From Orbicella franksi (taxonomy: Eukaryota), in NCBI GenBank assembly GCA_964199315.1, contig OZ116705.1, positions 12,524,001-12,588,000 on the forward strand: DNA of 64,000 nucleotides, given 5' to 3'. A model generated the notes under the pieces. It was not told the origin of the DNA, searched no databases, and saw only the letters and a program-made list of their open reading frames with translations. Below, in pieces: positions 58,950 to 64,000 of the stretch (positions within the stretch are counted from its first letter, which is position 1; each line of letters starts with the position of its first letter). The position numbers and the translations under genes are program-made.

Positions 58950-61342
58950 AGATCAACAGGGCAAAAAGCTTGAAAGAAAGGTTTATCGAGAAAAAAAAAT
59001 ACGTGGCGAATGTTAGCAATTTAAAAATTCTTAGCTGTGAACATTCTATATTTTGTTTTGGTTAAACTGCTTGGGAATTTCATACATTTGAGACAAAAAG
59101 TACTTCGCTTTTTGGCACCGGATTTGTTACTCCATAGGAACTTGTGACGTCACTCTAGACTTCGAAAACCACCGGAAGCAATCATTTCAACACGAGAAAT
59201 GGCGAAAAGATTTGCACGTTCGTACGTATCCTGATAACTTTGGGCCACGGTCCAAAGAGCTGGAAAGAGTGACCCTTAGCTAATGACTCTTAATTTGTTT
59301 TGATACACGTGCGGAAAGCATAAAAGAACACTGTTCTGTTTGTTCTGGATACAAATCGTATCTTTCCATCATTTGTCCAGTTTCCGGCTTGCGCGCCATG
59401 CAGTCGAACTTCCTGTGACGTCATCGGTAATGTTATCGGGCATTTCGGATTACGTGATAGAGTATCAAAACAAAGAAAAAAGATGTTATTGTCTTAGTCA
59501 TTTACAAGTTCATTCAGCTTTGTAAAAACCTAACATTCAATGGAAAAGACTGTTTGTATTTTCTAGCACTGGGTAATTTTTTTTTTACGCTGAAGTTACA
59601 GAAACTGCATTGCAGGTAAAAAAAGCCTAGACACGTGATACAACAGAGAAGAGAGGATGCTCGATCGGAGGGCTGGAGGGTAAAGGGAGGAGGGTGGCTG
59701 CAGTGGTCTGTAAAGGGACAGAGAGGGGAGGAGCGACTGATACTAGTGCCCTTTCCTCACTATCCCCGTCCCGTAAAATGTAACTGCTCTAACCTATCGA
59801 CACTCCGGATCGCAAGGTTTGTGCGAACTATAGTCTCTGCTATAATTCCTTGCATTACGACGTTACCTTTACGGAAATGACTGGCATAAAGCTGTTTAGA
59901 CTCATCGAATGAATATTTAAAAAAAGGCCTTGCAGAATCTGTCGTTACGGTCAATTTCGATCTGTCTGTTACTGTGGCCTGTAGTTATCAAGTTCGTGGA
60001 CCGACGCGTGTCCATGTCGCGGTTTTGGGTGGTACAGAAAAATTACACGTGAAAGGATTTTTAAGAACCCCAGTCTGAAAGGCACAAGAAGCTATTGGTG
60101 TGGGTATAGCTCAGACAAAATTATTTCTTAACAACTAATCTTTTGACTTTCGACTTACGCTGAAGCTGGCTATACTGCGAGTACCGTGGTCCCTCTTTCG
60201 CGTAGTCCGTCAAGCGTGACCGTAGATGCATGGTTTTCTTTCGCGTCACGCACGACGGATTTAGCACTCGTAGGCTAGCTTAAAACGCGCCCTAAAAGAT
60301 ACCAGAATGCGGAGCAACTGAAAAGTGAATATATGTAACACTATGAGCGGTCAAAAAAAAAAAACTAGAATTTCAACTCTAATTAATGGTACGACGAACT
60401 GCAGCTGGTGTGTAAAGAGAGTTCCCTCCCCCTTTCCCTTCTGTGGAAATCGGCACTGTGAAAGAACAATCCAAGTGTAGGAAAAATCGAGATGAGAGCC
60501 AAAAGTTTATTAAGGTTTTTCCTGTTTATTTCCGCTCTTGCTTCGACCGAAGTTAAGCAGAGTTGAGAAAGGTCATCTGAGGAGGAGCTGGAGGAGGCAA
60601 TTGATTGCTATTTTGGGGTGTTCATGGTCTTGAATGGTATTAAAGAGACTGATCATGAAGCGAGCAGAAAATTTAAGGCGAATTGGTACTGACTTTTCGT
60701 GAGGCAGACGGTCAACCAAACCATCCAAGGAACTGGAATCCTGACAGCCATTAGACGAGACAGAATGGTAAGATCGGAAATCATAATTTTGTAAACCTTC
60801 CTTTGGTGTTCACTCAAACTGCACAGGCTATAGGAAACGCTAAAAAAAAGCTTTGCCTTGAGGCACTGAAAAGTTTTATTACAAAAATAAGGAAGATTTT
60901 TTCAAAAGCTGTCATCGATTCGGCGAGGTAGTTCTTTGTGGTGCGTACGTGCGGTTACAGCTTGCGGTTTCCTGGATATCAAATTAGGCCGGTTATCAGT
61001 TTTGAAGCAAATTCGATTGAGGGTGTTGAATCAATAGCCTCGTGTTTTGGTTTTTTCCTTTTTCAGACACAAGTATCTTGGAAGACTTTCGTGAATATTG
61101 ACCCGTCTATCGTCAGCTTCTTAACTCAGTGATTTCGTTAAAGCATTTTGCGTCATCTAAGGCGATTCCGTGCAATTCTGCTGTCACCTTTTTTCACCTT
61201 TAGCAACTTCCACCGGAAACAACCCATAATGGATTGTTTCACTGGTAGATTTGCCAGTTTCATTTCCCCCGCTATCATTCTGCGAGTCGCAGTCAAAGAG
61301 CTTACACGCTTGCTCCCCTACAACCTCGCTGTGATTTTTAAA

Positions 61343-63918
61343 ATGAGTGTTTTGCTGCATTTCATGGTGTTGATTTGTCTCACAGTGACCTATTCCGTAG
61401 TATCTGAAGGTAAGAGGCTTACCAGAACTTATTAGAATAATTAACAGCAGTATTAGGATAAATTCTGGCAAGGCCGTGCCTCTTGATAAAAAAAAACTAA
61501 CAACAACAGCAACAACAGAGGACCTTTTTTCCATAAAAGCTTAATTAAGAATTTGTATCGAATGAAATTGCTCTAAGGTAAAGCAGTGAATGCCTGGAAT
61601 TTTAAAGGAAAGTATGGAATGCAAGTATTGACGATTGTTTGTCATGTTATTGCCTCCGACTGGAAGTATATTAAGACAGGCGTTCCTAGAAATCAAATTA
61701 ACATAAAGGGAAATGTAAAACAGTACAATGTATGTAGTTTAAAGTTTAAATTAGAAATACGTCTTTACGCCTAAACGTTTATAAGTAACAACAACAACTA
61801 AAAAACAGTCTGCTAAATGTGTAAAAGTTCGCGTCAAAAAGATAGGATTAGAAATCACGTTTTCAAATTCAAAAAATGGCATGTAATGAAACGGGCGATC
61901 TGAAACAGCAAAAAAATCATTCATTTATTTTATCTTTCACCAAACCACTGTTTTGACCTTTGCTTAAACTATTCCTTTCATCTCTTTTTGTCTTTGGCTA
62001 GCCTGTGTCACAGCCTCCCTCCCCGAAAAAGAAAAAAATCGGTGAGATACACAGGCTAACACAGGGCGTATAAATTATCAAATTTTACCAAAACTCTTTA
62101 CGACTTGCATGACTCGTATGACCTATGGATCCTGCTAACTCAAACCAGACAGTAATTATTTCAGCCTTCGCGCCCGGTGTCTGGTCCACTTCTATCCAAT
62201 CTCCAAAGAAAGGGCCTCCTTGTTAATCGCAGCTGGCTAACAACAAACGTCTCTCTGCTGCAATGACCGCGATAGATGCGTTACGTAACTCTTTTGTTCC
62301 ATTGCGTGACAACCCGACCAACTTTTGTTTCAAAAGAATTCTGCTCTCTGACGTAAGGAGCGGAAGTAGGAAGTTATCTCCAGAGCAACGTGCCCACGAA
62401 AACTAATCTTTCCGAAGTCGCTGCCCCGCGCTTGACCTCGTTGTTACCGTATGTTGACTTTCTACAAAACTGCGGTTATGTTTTAGGCTAAAATAATATT
62501 GTGTGGTGAAAGCACGACGGAATACCTCATCCACGATCACTCATTACTTACTCGAGGGCGGTCGGTGGTGGTTAGGGTACTCCCCTAATATAAGCTTTAC
62601 AGGAAAATGCGGCGCTTTAGTTTGTCTACTCTGTCCAGCAGTTAGGAATATTATTCCTAGACAAAACGTTTTTAATCTTTGTCATATTCGTTTCATGAGA
62701 AGTGCGAATTCAATGAACATCGGGGTTTTGAAGCCTTTTCAAATGTGAAAGCAAACTGACGAAGTTCCTGGTAATGTCTGGTCTGAAATAGAGCTGCAAT
62801 TTTGGGATTAGTGCTAGAGGAAAATCATATGTATATCTGTCTTAAATAATCTAAGGGTATCACGAATCGCGCACATACCCAAACCCAAGTTTTCGGTGAG
62901 TGATCTCCCCCGGGATTATATATAAGTATTCATAATTTTAACCTAGTTTCGACCACATCCAGTTTACATTCTTTGTACTGTCAGAAGTATTTATTTCATT
63001 CGTGTTGAAATGTAAATAATGAAGTAAAGATGTTCAATAAATCAATACTCAACGCCTGTCATCAAAACAGGTAACTCTTTGTCAGAACCTTTTTCACTCA
63101 AGTGTCGAAAAATAATTGATTTTGCATTAACGATTGGCTTAAAAAACTTGCGCAGGTTTTTCATCCAGTGAGAAGTAAAGCCAAAACCAACTGTAGCGCA
63201 CGTTTCCCCGCGGGCTTCGCGTCAGCTATATATAATTACTTTGAGTTTCGACTGGTTCACTGCCTCCTCTCTGACTGACCAGAGTGATTACTTCCGTTTT
63301 AGTTTTACGACCATATGAAACTCAATATCTATATATAAAAAAACACTTCAGGCCGGAAACATCAGTTGGCAAAGAAACAAAAGATACGCGCAGACGACAC
63401 TAGGAAAACAATGTTTTTGGCCGGTGGATATTTCTCGGGTAAAGTGCCTTTTGTTCAAGCTAAAGAATCTAACTTAGTGACTTTTTGAACACTTGCTCAT
63501 CTCCTTGTTCATCTCCTCAGCAGAGAGAGCAAGATTGGTGTGGAATACCGCCTTTATGTTTTGCAAGACAAAATAAAAAAGGCAGCAGCCACTAAATTTA
63601 TTGTTTGTTATAACAACATGTTCTCACTCTCTCTCAATTTTTCTTTTTTTACAGGAGCAAAGATGGACCTTTCACAAGAGTTGACCCTGTACACAGGTCA
63701 AAATTTGACGTTGTCATGCCAACCAAGGGATAGTCCCAAACATCTGGTTTATTGGTACAAAGGTGCACGGAACCAAAAGGGCCTTGAAAAGCACGTTTCC
63801 ACTGGGCCCTCATTTACCATCACCAAGGCAATCGTGGATGACACGGCGTTTTATTCTTGTTCTGCAGCAGAATGGGGATTCTGGGGAATAAGGCATTACA
63901 TTCTGGTCAACGTCATAG
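61343..63918 (+). CDS. 5' part of an immunoglobulin-superfamily secreted or membrane protein (continues beyond window)
   Basis: Signal-peptide exon 61343-61409 (MSVLLHFMVLICLTVTYSVVSE-G|gtaag) and phase 1-1 exon 63655-63918 encoding an Ig domain (LTLSC...YWYK...FTITKAIVDDTAFYSC). Confidence 0.8.
61999..62058. mobile_element. 60-bp TAGCCTG mini-MITE in the Ig gene intron
   Basis: tagcctgtgt...acacaggcta. Confidence 0.6.
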
Positions 63919-64000
63919 GTAAACGTGTTATCAATTTTAACGTATACCTCTAGAGGTGTCTGGCGTCCAAGCGATGTAGTGCGTCCGGTTATAGAGTTGG

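Overview
AT-rich, intron-containing animal genomic DNA. The gene set and repeat landscape point to a cnidarian, most likely a stony coral (inference). I found no rRNA, tRNA gene or CRISPR array. I assembled five complete spliced genes by hand with GT-AG junctions and matching phases: ORC5 (-, 5 exons), a CYP46-like P450 (+, 4 exons), LACTB2 (-, 7 exons), a THEG-repeat protein (+, 5 exons) and EXOSC6/MTR3 (-, 11 short exons, almost absent from the ORF track). A tandem pair of HEPN(DZIP3-like)-coiled-coil-NACHT-WD40 genes follows: one intact (about 1628 aa) and one broken by a frameshift plus a ~2.8 kb deletion. The window ends in the first exons of an Ig-domain secreted or membrane protein. Decayed ORC5 exon copies lie in the ORC5/CYP promoter gap. 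Intergenic DNA and introns hold many MITEs, SINEs, Penelope fragments (one with an intact minimal hammerhead ribozyme) and an Academ-like helicase relic. The best leads are (1) the HEPN-NACHT-WD40 locus, a candidate ligand-gated RNase immune receptor whose coiled-coil spacer varies in whole heptads, and (2) several sequence-unrelated palindromic repeat families that share one tip structure (GA/GA internal loop, 4-bp stem, GNA triloop) and a CCAATCA motif at the far end, which may indicate a common, unclassified mobilisation mechanism. All calls come from reading the sequence; no database search was run.
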